Below the pieces are notes generated by a model. That model was not told the origin of the DNA. It searched no databases and worked only from the letters and a program-made list of their open reading frames with translations. A DNA stretch of 64,000 bases from an uncultured Christensenellaceae bacterium (GTDB lineage: Bacteria; Bacillota; Clostridia; Christensenellales; UBA3700), in assembly GCA_944383895.1 (NCBI GenBank), contig CALWRH010000001.1, forward strand, positions 121,199 to 185,198, in the 5' to 3' direction. Position 1 is the stretch's first letter. Each line of letters begins with the position of its first letter. The translations under genes were made by a program, and so were the position numbers. This document shows, piece by piece, positions 42,436-51,995 of this stretch.

Positions 42436-43754
42436 CAGTCTTTATACTCCAAATTAACGTCGTTTCTGACGAGGTCTTCGTATGTCTGAGGCTTTACCGC
42501 ATATGCACTCTTTCCGTCCTTCACGAATACTACGGGCGGAATAAAGTTGCGGTTATAGTTGCTCGACATCGAATAATTGTAAGCTCCCGTTGTAAATACG
42601 GCAACTATATCTCCGCGCTTTGCTTTGGGCATCGCAACGTCTTTCAATATAATATCACCGCTTTCGCAACACTTGCCTGCAACGGTAACGATCTCTTCGG
42701 GTTTGTCGTTGGCGCGGTTTGCAAGGACGGCATCGTATTTAGCGTCGTAAAGCGCGGGACGGATATTGTCCGTCATTCCGCCGTCGATAGCAAGGTATTT
42801 TCTTATGCCTTTTATATCCTTTATCGCTCCCACGGAGTACAACGTAACACCCGCCTCTCCGACTATGGAACGACCCGGCTCAATCATAAAGAACGGCTTT
42901 TTGATGCCTTTTTTCTCAACCGCGGTCTTGAGCGACGACGTGAGCAGCGCAACGTAATCGCAATATTCTTTTACGTCGTATTTAGGATCGTCTCCGCTGT
43001 AATACACTCCGAAACCGCCGCCGAAGTTGAGTTCGTCGACTTGAGCGCCTCTTTCTTTGAGTTTTACGACATAATCGGTCACTACGTCGACAGCCAAAGC
43101 AAAAGCCTGTTTATCGAATATCTGAGAACCGATATGGCAATGAAGTCCTGCAAAGCGCAGATTTTTCTTGGAAAGAACTGCGTCCACCGCCTGATCCGCA
43201 TAGCCGTTTTTAACGCCGAAACCGAATTTTGAATCAACTTTTGCCGTCTGTATGAAAGAGTGCGTATGAGCCTCTACACCCGGATTGACTCTGATAAGAA
43301 CCTTTTGAGTTATTCCCTTTTCGCGGCACATTTCGTCGAGGAGATCTATCTCGTCGAAACTGTCGACCACAAAAGTGCCCACTCCGCAATCGAGCGCGAG
43401 AGAAATTTCCTGCGGCAGTTTGTTGTTGCCGTGGAAATATGCCTTTTTCATATCAAAACCGACGCTGTTTGCGGTATAAATTTCACCGCCCGAAACGACG
43501 TCGATATACATGTTTTCCTGTTTCGCTATCTCGTAGATCGCCTTGCAGGAAAAAGCCTTGGATGCATATGCGACTCCGCCATCTCCGTAAGTATTTTCGA
43601 CCGTCTCTCTGAAAGCACGGCAGACCTGTCTGACATAACTTTCATCCATAATGTAAAGCGGCGTGCCGTATTTTTTTACGAGGTCGACCGCGTCGACTCC
43701 GCCTATCTGCAAATGCCCTACGGCGTTTATATTCATCGTATCTCTGTAATTCAT
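42435..43754 (-). CDS. lysA: diaminopimelate decarboxylase
   Basis: 439-aa PLP fold-III decarboxylase (YASKAF, HCHIGSQ, GGGFGV, EPGRSIVG, CESGD). Confidence 0.93.
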   Translation of the reverse strand: MNYRDTMNINAVGHLQIGGVDAVDLVKKYGTPLYIMDESYVRQVCRAFRETVENTYGDGGVAYASKAFSCKAIYEIAKQENMYIDVVSGGEIYTANSVGFDMKKAYFHGNNKLPQEISLALDCGVGTFVVDSFDEIDLLDEMCREKGITQKVLIRVNPGVEAHTHSFIQTAKVDSKFGFGVKNGYADQAVDAVLSKKNLRFAGLHCHIGSQIFDKQAFALAVDVVTDYVVKLKERGAQVDELNFGGGFGVYYSGDDPKYDVKEYCDYVALLTSSLKTAVEKKGIKKPFFMIEPGRSIVGEAGVTLYSVGAIKDIKGIRKYLAIDGGMTDNIRPALYDAKYDAVLANRANDKPEEIVTVAGKCCESGDIILKDVAMPKAKRGDIVAVFTTGAYNYSMSSNYNRNFIPPVVFVKDGKSAYAVKPQTYEDLVRNDVNLEYKD

Positions 43755-43776
43755 ATTATTTCTCCTATACTATAAA

Positions 43777-43805
43777 ATTTTAGCAAAAACAGGCGGCTAA
43801 GTCAA
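43777..43805 (-). promoter_or_regulatory. candidate sigma-A promoter of lysA (TTGACT-17-TAAAAT)
   Basis: The hexamers are read on the minus strand and the -10 lies about 22 nt upstream of the ATG. That leaves a short leader with no room for an L-box. Confidence 0.5.
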
Positions 43806-44116
43806 TTTATTATTTTATAATTATATCCGCGTATATATAATACATTACGACTATCAAAAATCTTTTAATCCTTATAAAATTCAAAACGGTGCATCTGCAT
43901 CGAAAACGATACCGGAAAAGCTGTCCGATCAAAAATATCCGATCGCGACTGAACTTCATGTCTTTCAAAAATAAATATTTATATTGGTTAGTAATTTTAA
44001 TTACAATTTATTATAATTAAGTATAATCGCATTAATTATTTGTAATCACGGTTAACATAAACTCTGAAGAAATATCTCACTATGTAATACGGAACGCCGA
44101 ACGTTCCGTATTTCTT

Positions 44117-45286
44117 TTACCACTTGCCTGCCATGTCTTTTATGATATCCCACAGCGTAGCACGCGATATATCCTGATCGCTCACGAGATCGAAAGTATA
44201 AATTTTGCCGTTGTGAGTGATTTTGATCTTTCCGACAACGTCTCCTTTTTTGACGGGCGCTTTTATCTTTTCGGGGAGTTCGTATTCTACTTTTATATCG
44301 TCACCCTGTTTTATCAGGACAGACGCGTCTGTCGCAGCGACGGGAGTCATTGTCTTCACTCTGCTGCGCTCGACTGCAACGCTCTCCTCTATCTTTTCGC
44401 CTTTCTTGCAGACTACCTGATTCCTGAAATTGGCAAAAGCGTAATTGAACATTTTGCACGCTCCCGCAAATCTCGTCTTGCTGTCCTCTGCTCCTATTAC
44501 AGTGGCTACCGTCTTTATACCGTTTCTCTCTGCACATGCCGATACGCAGAATTTAGCGCGGTCGGTATATCCCGTCTTTCCTCCAAGACACCCCTGATAC
44601 TGTCTTATCATTTTGTTTGTATTGGTAAGAGTTGTAACTCTGCCCGACGGATGGGTATAATCTTCTGTCCATATCGACGCGTATTCATAATACTTGTCGT
44701 GTTTCATAAGCTCGCGCGTCATGATATTCACGTCTTTTGCAGTGGAATACTGTTCGCTCTCCGACGGCAGACCCGTTGCGTTTGCAAATTTTGTATTTAC
44801 CATACCGAGCGCAGCAGCCTTATCGTTCATCGCGTTTACAAACCCTTCTACGCTACCGCTGACTGTTTCTGCAAGAGCTACCGCGGCGTCGTTGGCAGAC
44901 GCGACTACCACACCCTTGATGAGATCGTCAACGCTGTATTTTTCATGTGCATCGAGGAACATCTGACTGCCTCCCATTGAAGACGCGTTTTCGGATACCG
45001 TTATCATATCGTCATATCCTATCCTGCCCTCGTCTATCGCTTCGAACACAAGCGTTGCCGTCATTATCTTTACCATGCTCGCTATTTCGTGTTTAGCATC
45101 GGCGTTTTGCGAGTAAAGTTCTGCGCCCGTTGCATAATCGGTCAGGTAAGCCGAATAGCACTCAACCGAAAATCCGTCACTCAGTTTATCCGTTGCCGCC
45201 GTCGTTTCGCTTGCAAAAGCAATGCCCGAACACATCGCAACTGCAAGCGCGGACAGCGCGGATATCAATATCAATTTTTTCTTCAT
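44117..45286 (-). CDS. D-alanyl-D-alanine carboxypeptidase (peptidase S11, DacA/PBP5-like)
   Basis: SxxK (ASMVKI), SxN (SAND) and KTG (KTGYT), plus a C-terminal PBP5_C-like domain. I chose the ATG at 45286 (MKKKLILISALSALAVA..., signal peptide, SD GAGGTG) rather than the ORF-track start at 45391. Confidence 0.88.
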   Translation of the reverse strand: MKKKLILISALSALAVAMCSGIAFASETTAATDKLSDGFSVECYSAYLTDYATGAELYSQNADAKHEIASMVKIMTATLVFEAIDEGRIGYDDMITVSENASSMGGSQMFLDAHEKYSVDDLIKGVVVASANDAAVALAETVSGSVEGFVNAMNDKAAALGMVNTKFANATGLPSESEQYSTAKDVNIMTRELMKHDKYYEYASIWTEDYTHPSGRVTTLTNTNKMIRQYQGCLGGKTGYTDRAKFCVSACAERNGIKTVATVIGAEDSKTRFAGACKMFNYAFANFRNQVVCKKGEKIEESVAVERSRVKTMTPVAATDASVLIKQGDDIKVEYELPEKIKAPVKKGDVVGKIKITHNGKIYTFDLVSDQDISRATLWDIIKDMAGKW

Positions 45287-45423
45287 ACTGCACCTCTCAA
45301 TAAAGATTGGCTTTAGTATAAGAAAAAGCGCGGCTATTATACAAAACCGCGCTTTAATGCCTCCAAGCCGCATGCTTTTTATGCAAAGCAACCGAAATTA
45401 TCTATAAAACGGATTGCATTATC

Positions 45424-46578
45424 TCAATTTTCAGGCGCTGCGTCGACCTCGGTCGCCTTGAAATCAACGCCGAAATATTCGGCAATTATCTCTGCGATAT
45501 GGTAAAACCCTTGTATCGTACCGAGATTTCTGCCCTTTCTCCCTTTGCCGTATATCAGCAACGGGACGTTCTCTCTCGAGTGATCTGTAGACGGAGTTGA
45601 GGGATCGCAACCGTGATCTGCCGTTATTATCAGCATATCGTCGTCTTTTATCTTTGATATAACAGAAGGCAGGATTCTATCAAAAGCGTTAAGACACTCA
45701 GCATAACCGACAATGTCGTTCCTGTGCCCGTACAGCATATCGAAATCCACAAAATTGGCAAATACGAGCGAATCTTTTTCTGCTCTGAATTTCAATATCT
45801 GCTCTCCGACCTCTTTATTGCCGTGCGCGACGAGCGACTCAGTAATGCCGTAGCCGCAGAAAATATCGTTTATTTTGCCTACGGATACTACCTCGACTCC
45901 TTGTTCGGACAAAGCGTTGAGAACGGTTTTAGCAGGCGGTTTCAGCGCGTAGTCGCGCCTGTCTGCCGTACGGTAAAAATTCCCCTCTGCGTCTTTTGAG
46001 AACGGACGTGCGATTATTCTGCCTACACTGTCTTTTCCGCACATTATTTTTCTTGCTTTTTCGCAACAGTCGTAAAGTCTGTCAAGCCCGAAAGTATCAA
46101 TGCTTGCGGCTATCTGCAATACGCTGTCGGCTGACGTATAGATTATCGGCAATCCCGTCCTTTCGTGTTCTTCGCCGAGTTCTTTTATTATCTCCGTACC
46201 GCTCGCCGCTTTGTTGCCTAGCACTCGGTCGACGCCCCACGCATTGCACAGTCTGACGACGGTTTCTTCAGGAAAGCCGTCGGGATAAGTAGGATAAGGC
46301 GATTTTACTATAAGCCCAGCGATCTCATAGTGCCCCGTAGTTGTGTCCTTGCCTTGAGAAAGTTCTACTAAACGTGCGTGATCCGCAACGGGATTTTCAA
46401 CGGACATTGCAAAATCGAGTCCGTCTATATTGTTGAACCCGAGCGCGCTGAGATTGGGCACTTTCAGGTACGGATAAATCGCTTTATAGGTGTTGCTGCC
46501 CTCGTCACCGAACTTAGCGGCATCTGCCGCGCCGCCTATGCCCAGACTGTCGAGGACAATGAGATAACATGTTTTCAT
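45424..46578 (-). CDS. deoB: phosphopentomutase
   Basis: 384 aa. IVLDS.GIG...DA..FGD.G.NT and TADHG.DP are DeoB metal-site motifs. Confidence 0.93.
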   Translation of the reverse strand: MKTCYLIVLDSLGIGGAADAAKFGDEGSNTYKAIYPYLKVPNLSALGFNNIDGLDFAMSVENPVADHARLVELSQGKDTTTGHYEIAGLIVKSPYPTYPDGFPEETVVRLCNAWGVDRVLGNKAASGTEIIKELGEEHERTGLPIIYTSADSVLQIAASIDTFGLDRLYDCCEKARKIMCGKDSVGRIIARPFSKDAEGNFYRTADRRDYALKPPAKTVLNALSEQGVEVVSVGKINDIFCGYGITESLVAHGNKEVGEQILKFRAEKDSLVFANFVDFDMLYGHRNDIVGYAECLNAFDRILPSVISKIKDDDMLIITADHGCDPSTPSTDHSRENVPLLIYGKGRKGRNLGTIQGFYHIAEIIAEYFGVDFKATEVDAAPEN

Positions 46579-46703
46579 AATTAAATTATACTATTTTTAT
46601 TTTGCCCGTTCAATGCTTTTTCTTATTCTGCAATAATTATTATTTGCGTAAATGCGACAATTTCTGACAATTTCAGCCTTTGCAGAGGTTGTATAATGAT
46701 TTC

Positions 46704-47048
46704 ATGAATATCAAAAAAGAAATATCCGATTATCTGTTATACCTCGGCGTCAAACCTTCGAGCAAAGGATACAGATATCTGTCGGAACTGATTTTCGTCA
46801 GTTTGTCAGGCACTGAGATATTGCCGCTGAAATACGTCGGATACAGAATAATATCCGCAAAATTCGATTCCACCGAAGATTGCGTGGATAAAAATATACA
46901 GAATTGTATTTCCAAAGCGTGGCTTGACGGCGATCTCGACGTACTGTATCGTGAATTCGGCAATACGATAGATCTCGACAAGGGAAAACCTACTGCCAAA
47001 CAGTTTATTATGCAGGCGTGCGAAAAACTGCGCTGCATTTGCGGCTGA
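46704..47048 (+). CDS. stand-alone Spo0A C-terminal (DNA-binding) domain protein, no receiver domain
   Basis: It aligns by eye to the Bacillus Spo0A C-domain (KGY.YL.E.I...; Y..IS.KF..T...V...I...I..AW..G....L...FG.T......KPT...FI......KL). The start is uncertain, either the ATG at 46704 or the TTG at 46680. Confidence 0.7.
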   Translation: MNIKKEISDYLLYLGVKPSSKGYRYLSELIFVSLSGTEILPLKYVGYRIISAKFDSTEDCVDKNIQNCISKAWLDGDLDVLYREFGNTIDLDKGKPTAKQFIMQACEKLRCICG

Positions 47049-47103
47049 AAAATTTGCAATTTTTTGTCGAATATTCAGGAAGGCTGCCGCATAAAACTGT
47101 ACT

Positions 47104-47721
47104 ATGCGGACTAAGAAAAGACGTTTTTGTTTTAATACGATATATATCCGCAACCGTATTGCGGCATTTTTCGACGAGCACTCTGCGCTCATTGCGATAG
47201 CGTGCGCCGCATGTCTTATAGGAATAGTTATCGGCATCGTCGTTGCGATAAAATTCGGCGAAAAGTATTATAAGCTCAACGTTTTCGCAGCGTTAAAAAC
47301 TCAGGAATACGGAAAATTCTCAACTTTCATCAGGTTTTTTCTTCTCGCTTTGGCTACGCTTGCGATAGACTTTACAAGCGTATTCAAAAAGCATTTCGCG
47401 GCAATAGGATTTTTGTGGACGGGATTTCTCGGATACCGATTCGGGCTGTGTTTTGTCGGAGCGGCAAACGTCGCGTTGGTCGACGGAATATTTTGCGCGG
47501 TATTCTTTTATCTGCCTCTTTGCGTAGGACTCGTAGCCTTGACCTGCATAGCCATTGCCTGCGCGAGCAAATATTGGATAGCAAAAGGCGCGACTATGAC
47601 CTGTACGCGCTCCGTAACTGAACTCTTGTCATTGTATGCGGCTATTCTTCTATGGTTTGCTCTTCTCGCGCTTTTGTGCTGCGTGATAATGCCGTGGCTC
47701 GTTGCACTTATTTTACTGTAA
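47104..47721 (+). CDS. polytopic membrane protein (SpoIIM-like size and topology; tentative)
   Basis: 205 aa with about 5 TM helices. It lies downstream of the Spo0A_C gene on the same strand. I am not confident of any family motif. Confidence 0.5.
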   Translation: MRTKKRRFCFNTIYIRNRIAAFFDEHSALIAIACAACLIGIVIGIVVAIKFGEKYYKLNVFAALKTQEYGKFSTFIRFFLLALATLAIDFTSVFKKHFAAIGFLWTGFLGYRFGLCFVGAANVALVDGIFCAVFFYLPLCVGLVALTCIAIACASKYWIAKGATMTCTRSVTELLSLYAAILLWFALLALLCCVIMPWLVALILL

Positions 47722-47789
47722 AACCGTTTATCCTCTCTGAACACATCTGAATTTGTAAAAAAGCATCGCTTACCGGTCAAATCTGCAAA

Positions 47790-47816
47790 CAAAAAGCGGA
47801 CGGGGGTACCGTCCGC
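47790..47816 (-). terminator. rho-independent terminator of rny
   Basis: Minus strand: GCGGACGG-(5-nt loop)-CCGTCCGC followed by TTTTTG. Confidence 0.8.
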
Positions 47817-47837
47817 GTTCTTGCAGGATAAGATTTA

Positions 47838-49445
47838 TTATTTTGCGTATTCGACGCGTCTTACTTCTCTTATCACGTTTACTTTGATCTGTCCCGGATA
47901 TTCGAGTTCCGCCTCGAGTTTCTTTGCGATCTCTTTTGCCATAAACATGGTCTTGGAGTCGTCTATTTCCTCAGGTTTGACGATAACTCTTATCTCTCTG
48001 CCTGCCTGTATAGCATAGGACTGTTCAACGCCGTCGAAAGAATTGGCAAGGCTTTCGAGTTTTTCAAGACGTTTGACGTAATTCTCAAGCGACTCGCGTC
48101 TTGCACCGGGTCTTGCTCCGGATACCGAGTCAGCCGCCTGCACTATGATAGCCTCGAGCGTCTGCGGTTCAACGTCGCCGTGGTGAGCCTCGATAGCGTG
48201 GATGACTGCGCGGCTTTCCTTGAATTTCTTCGCAAGTTCAACGCCTATCGTAACGTGCGTACCCTCGAATTCGTGGTCAACGGATTTGCCTATATCGTGC
48301 AACAGACCGGCTCTCTTTGCGACTTTTACGTCTGCGCCGAGCTCTGCCGCCATCATGCCCGCGAGATAACAAACCTCGAGCGAGTGATTGAGCACGTTCT
48401 GTCCGTAGCTGGTACGGTATTTCAGTCTGCCGAGGAGCTTAATAAGCTCGGGATGCAAACCGTATATATTTGCGTCGAACGCCGCCGTTTCGCCTGCCTC
48501 TTTTATCTGGGCATCCATCTCTTTCTTTACTTTTTCAACGGTTTCTTCTATCCTTGCGGGATGGATTCTGCCGTCGGACACGAGTTTTTCGATCGTAAGT
48601 CTTGCGATCTCTCTCCTTACGGGATCGAATCCCGAGATGGTAACGACGTCGGGTGTATCGTCGATTATGAGGTCTACGCCTGTACAATTCTCTATCGAGC
48701 GGATATTTCTTCCTACTCTGCCGATAAGCCTTCCTTTCATATCCTCGTTGGGAAGGGACACAACCGAAACCGCAATCTCCGACGCGTGATCGACAGCGCA
48801 TCTCTGGAGCGCCATGCCGACGATATTTCTCGCCTTTTTGTCAGCGTCTTCTTTGGCTTGCTGTTCTATCTCTCTTACCTTTACTTCTGCGTCTTTTCTC
48901 GCCTCGTCGAGCATCTCCTGAATCAAAACGTCTTTTGCCTCCGCCTGGGTCATGCCTGAAACTTTCTCAAGTTCTGCCACCATTGCGGAGTGAGCGTTTT
49001 TGACTTCGTCCTCGAGCTTTTCGACTTCTGCTTCTTTCTGCTCGACCTGCTTTTTCTTCTCGTCTACGAGATCGGATTTTTTATCGATAGCGAGTTCTCT
49101 TTTGACAAGCTGATCTTCGCGCTGAGAAAGTCTTTGTTCCGTTCTCGAAAGCTCCGCTTTCTTTTCGCGCGTTTCTCTGTCGAGTTCCTGACGCAATCTT
49201 TGCTGCTCTTCCTTTGCTTCAACCTTTGCCTCTTTGAGGAACGTCTTTGCCTCGTTTTGAGATGCTTCTTTGAGCTTTTCGCATTCAAGCTTTACGCTGC
49301 CGACTGCGCGGCGAGCATAGAATCTGTACACTATCAAACCGATTGCAACTCCGACGATCGCGGTAGCTATCGCTATGACCGCTATTATACCGCCGGAAAT
49401 TTCCGCCCCGAGGAGTAAGTTGAAGCCTATGTTATTGCTTAACAT
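47838..49445 (-). CDS. rny: ribonuclease Y
   Basis: 535 aa with an N-terminal TM helix, a coiled-coil, a KH domain (GR.IGR.GRNIR..E) and an HD domain (LLHDIGK). Confidence 0.95.
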   Translation of the reverse strand: MLSNNIGFNLLLGAEISGGIIAVIAIATAIVGVAIGLIVYRFYARRAVGSVKLECEKLKEASQNEAKTFLKEAKVEAKEEQQRLRQELDRETREKKAELSRTEQRLSQREDQLVKRELAIDKKSDLVDEKKKQVEQKEAEVEKLEDEVKNAHSAMVAELEKVSGMTQAEAKDVLIQEMLDEARKDAEVKVREIEQQAKEDADKKARNIVGMALQRCAVDHASEIAVSVVSLPNEDMKGRLIGRVGRNIRSIENCTGVDLIIDDTPDVVTISGFDPVRREIARLTIEKLVSDGRIHPARIEETVEKVKKEMDAQIKEAGETAAFDANIYGLHPELIKLLGRLKYRTSYGQNVLNHSLEVCYLAGMMAAELGADVKVAKRAGLLHDIGKSVDHEFEGTHVTIGVELAKKFKESRAVIHAIEAHHGDVEPQTLEAIIVQAADSVSGARPGARRESLENYVKRLEKLESLANSFDGVEQSYAIQAGREIRVIVKPEEIDDSKTMFMAKEIAKKLEAELEYPGQIKVNVIREVRRVEYAK

Positions 49446-49507
49446 TAAAACCTCCTGATATTCAATTTTTAAGTTTCATTTACCCGAACACGTCGGGGTA
49501 TTGTCTT

Positions 49508-49537
49508 ATTATAACGTTATTTTGCGCGCGTTGTCAA
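49508..49537 (-). promoter_or_regulatory. candidate sigma-A promoter of rny (TTGACA-18-TATAAT)
   Basis: Consensus hexamers are read on the minus strand in the recA-rny intergenic region. Confidence 0.6.
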
Positions 49538-49579
49538 TGCAAAAGCCGATTTTTGACGCACATAACGGGTTTTTTTTGC

Positions 49580-50590
49580 TTATTGCGCGTTGGAGCTTAA
49601 AATTTTCTCCTTTATCTCTGCAATAAGCTCGGGATTGTCTTCGAGATACTTTATCGTATTATCTCTGCCCTGACCGATTTTTTCATCGTTATAGCTGAAC
49701 CATGATCCGCTCTTGACAATTATCTTTTTCTCGATAGCTACGTCGAGAACGCAGCCGCTCTGAGATATTCCCTTGCCGAAAATAATATCGAATTCTGCGG
49801 TGCGGAACGGGGGTGCGAGTTTGTTTTTCACTACTTTCGCTTTCGTGTGATTACCTATAAATTCCGTGCCGTCCTTGAGGGTATCTCCCTTTCTGACCTC
49901 CACTCTGATGCTTGCGCCGAATCTGAGTGCTCTGCCACCGGGCGTGGTTTCGGGATTGCCGAACATAACGCCCACTTTCTCCCTTATCTGGTTGATAAAG
50001 ATTATGCAGGTGTTGCTCTTGCTTATGATACCCGTAAGTTTACGAAGTGCCTGCGACATAAGTCTTGCCTGTACGCCGACCGTGCTTTGTCCCATCTCTC
50101 CGTCGATTTCCGCTCTCGGAGTCAATGCAGCGACAGAGTCGATAACGATAAGATCGATCGAATTGCTCCTCACGAGCGTTTCGGCTATATTGAGAGCCTG
50201 CTCGCCGTCGTCAGGCTGTGAAACGTAAAGATTTTTTACGTCGACGCCGAGATTTTCCGCATAAACGGGATCGAGCGCGTGTTCTGCGTCTATAAACGCC
50301 GCAACGCCGCCCGTCTGCTGACACGACGCTATAGCGTGCAAAGCGACTGTGGTTTTACCAGAAGATTCGGGGCCGTATATCTCTATGATCCTTCCGCGCG
50401 GCCAACCGCCTATTCCGAGAGCCATATCGAGCGTAAGGCAGCCTGAACTGAACGTATCTACTTTCATGACTCTGTCGTCGCCGAGTTTCATGATAGAACC
50501 TTTGCCGTACTGTTTTTCGATTTTAGCGATGGCGTCTTCAATAAGCGCGGATTTTTCCTTTGCTTTATTGTCGTCAATCTTTTTTTCCAT
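49580..50590 (-). CDS. recA: recombinase RecA
   Basis: 336 aa with GPESSGKTT (Walker A), FIDAEHALD and [24 protein letters not shown]. Confidence 0.98.
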   Translation of the reverse strand: MEKKIDDNKAKEKSALIEDAIAKIEKQYGKGSIMKLGDDRVMKVDTFSSGCLTLDMALGIGGWPRGRIIEIYGPESSGKTTVALHAIASCQQTGGVAAFIDAEHALDPVYAENLGVDVKNLYVSQPDDGEQALNIAETLVRSNSIDLIVIDSVAALTPRAEIDGEMGQSTVGVQARLMSQALRKLTGIISKSNTCIIFINQIREKVGVMFGNPETTPGGRALRFGASIRVEVRKGDTLKDGTEFIGNHTKAKVVKNKLAPPFRTAEFDIIFGKGISQSGCVLDVAIEKKIIVKSGSWFSYNDEKIGQGRDNTIKYLEDNPELIAEIKEKILSSNAQ

Positions 50591-50592
50591 AA

Positions 50593-51336
50593 TTACCTCG
50601 TATGTATATTTCTTTTTATAGTCTGCCCGACGGCGGTTTCGCCGCGGATAACTCCGATAAATGTAAACAATGCGCAGTTGGTTGCAAATTCACGGATATA
50701 TTTTCTGTCGCCGTCGATAAGCATTTCGATAACAAGAATTCCTTCTGCGTCTGCTATTGCGACGTAGCACAGACCGACGGGTGTATCGTATTCGTCGCTG
50801 TCGGGTCCCGCGCATCCCGTAGTGGATATCGCATAATCCGTAATGCGGTTGGCAAGAAGTCCCTGTGCCATTTCGCGCACTACCTCTTCGCTGACCACGC
50901 CGTATTTTTCTATGGTCTGCACTTTAACGTGCAGTCTTCTGATTTTCGCGCTGCTGCCGTAAGTCACGAGTCCTTCGTAAAACACGCTGCTCGCGCCGCC
51001 TACGTTTACCGTTCTCGCGCTGATAAGTCCGCCCGTAAACGATTCCGCAACGCTGAAAGTCTTTCCGTTTTCTTTGAGCTCTTTGACGACGACTTCTTCA
51101 AGCGTTTCGCCGTCTTCTGAATAAAGGCTGCCGCCGAGCACGCGTTTGAGCTCTATAACGACGCCGTTGAAAGACACTTCATCCGCGCTGTAATTTATTA
51201 CGGCAAACGTATAATCGCCGTATTTTTCGCTGATTTCGACCTCTACGCCGTCAGCTTTGACTTCGCGCGCCGCCTCAAGTTTTTCTTCGGGCACGTCAAA
51301 CGCTTTGAGCGTACACAGATTTTTGCAATTTATCAT
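50593..51336 (-). CDS. cinA: CinA-family protein (PncC-type nicotinamide-nucleotide amidase domain; no MoCF-binding N-domain)
   Basis: The C-terminal roughly 160 aa match the CinA_C pattern (AESFTGGL......V.G.S.VF.G..V.Y...AK...L.V). It sits directly upstream of recA as in many Firmicutes. The N-terminal roughly 85 aa are unassigned. Confidence 0.8.
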   Translation of the reverse strand: MINCKNLCTLKAFDVPEEKLEAAREVKADGVEVEISEKYGDYTFAVINYSADEVSFNGVVIELKRVLGGSLYSEDGETLEEVVVKELKENGKTFSVAESFTGGLISARTVNVGGASSVFYEGLVTYGSSAKIRRLHVKVQTIEKYGVVSEEVVREMAQGLLANRITDYAISTTGCAGPDSDEYDTPVGLCYVAIADAEGILVIEMLIDGDRKYIREFATNCALFTFIGVIRGETAVGQTIKRNIHTR

Positions 51337-51365
51337 ACAATTCCCCTTTCAGATATTAAGACAGC

Positions 51366-51995
51366 TTATTCTCCGTCTTTCTGCTCTTTCTCTTTATTGT
51401 CTTTATCAGAGAAAAGAGCTTTGTTTTTTATTATATAATTGAGTCCGGAAAATACGGTGAGCACCGTCGCTGCGATCAGCATGATGCCTCCTGCCCACAT
51501 AGTGGATTCTCCGAAAGATCCGCCTATCGGCACGAAAAGCGTCGTACCTATCGCCGCAAGAGTAAGCACTGTTTTTGCCTTGCCCCATATATCTGCCGCA
51601 AGTATAAACTTCTTGGACGCGGCTATCTGTCTGAACAGTCCGATGATCAGTTCTCTTGCAATGATGACTATCGTGCATATCATAGCGACGTAAGGCATGC
51701 CGTACACGAAGTTTCCTTCCATAATAAAAGCAAGTCCCGTCAGGACGCAGACTTTGTCAGCGATAGGATCGAGAAATTTGCCGAGCGTAGTGACCTGGTT
51801 GTATTTTCTCGCAAGATATCCGTCAAGAAAGTCCGTAAGTGCGGTGGCGATATACAAAAGCGATGTGACAAAACAAAGTATGTTGCCATGCTCAGTCATG
51901 CCGTTTCTGTAACAATACATCTCGCAGCAGAACAGCGCTATCAGTATCGGCAGCATTACTATTCTCGTAACGGTTATTTTTGTAGGTAAATTCAT
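51366..51995 (-). CDS. pgsA: CDP-diacylglycerol--glycerol-3-phosphate 3-phosphatidyltransferase
   Basis: CDP-alcohol phosphotransferase motif D.LDG..AR......LGKFLDP.ADK. The ATG at 51995 (MNLPTKITV...) overlaps the rimO stop (ATGA), so the ORF-track start at 52091 is rejected. Confidence 0.92.
   Translation of the reverse strand: MNLPTKITVTRIVMLPILIALFCCEMYCYRNGMTEHGNILCFVTSLLYIATALTDFLDGYLARKYNQVTTLGKFLDPIADKVCVLTGLAFIMEGNFVYGMPYVAMICTIVIIARELIIGLFRQIAASKKFILAADIWGKAKTVLTLAAIGTTLFVPIGGSFGESTMWAGGIMLIAATVLTVFSGLNYIIKNKALFSDKDNKEKEQKDGE

Noticed and set aside
43810-43959. 49-codon minus-strand ORF (MKFSRDRIFLIGQLFRYRFRCRCTVLNF...) in the AT-rich spacer
   Set aside because: It has no convincing SD, its composition is driven by AT-rich DNA, and it ends just before the predicted lysA -35. 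It is probably fortuitous.
43755-44116. Lysine (L-box) riboswitch upstream of lysA
   Set aside because: I read the minus-strand leader and could not find the conserved L-box cores (AGAGGCGC, GCCGAAG, GGAGAGC-type elements). The best promoter leaves only a short leader.
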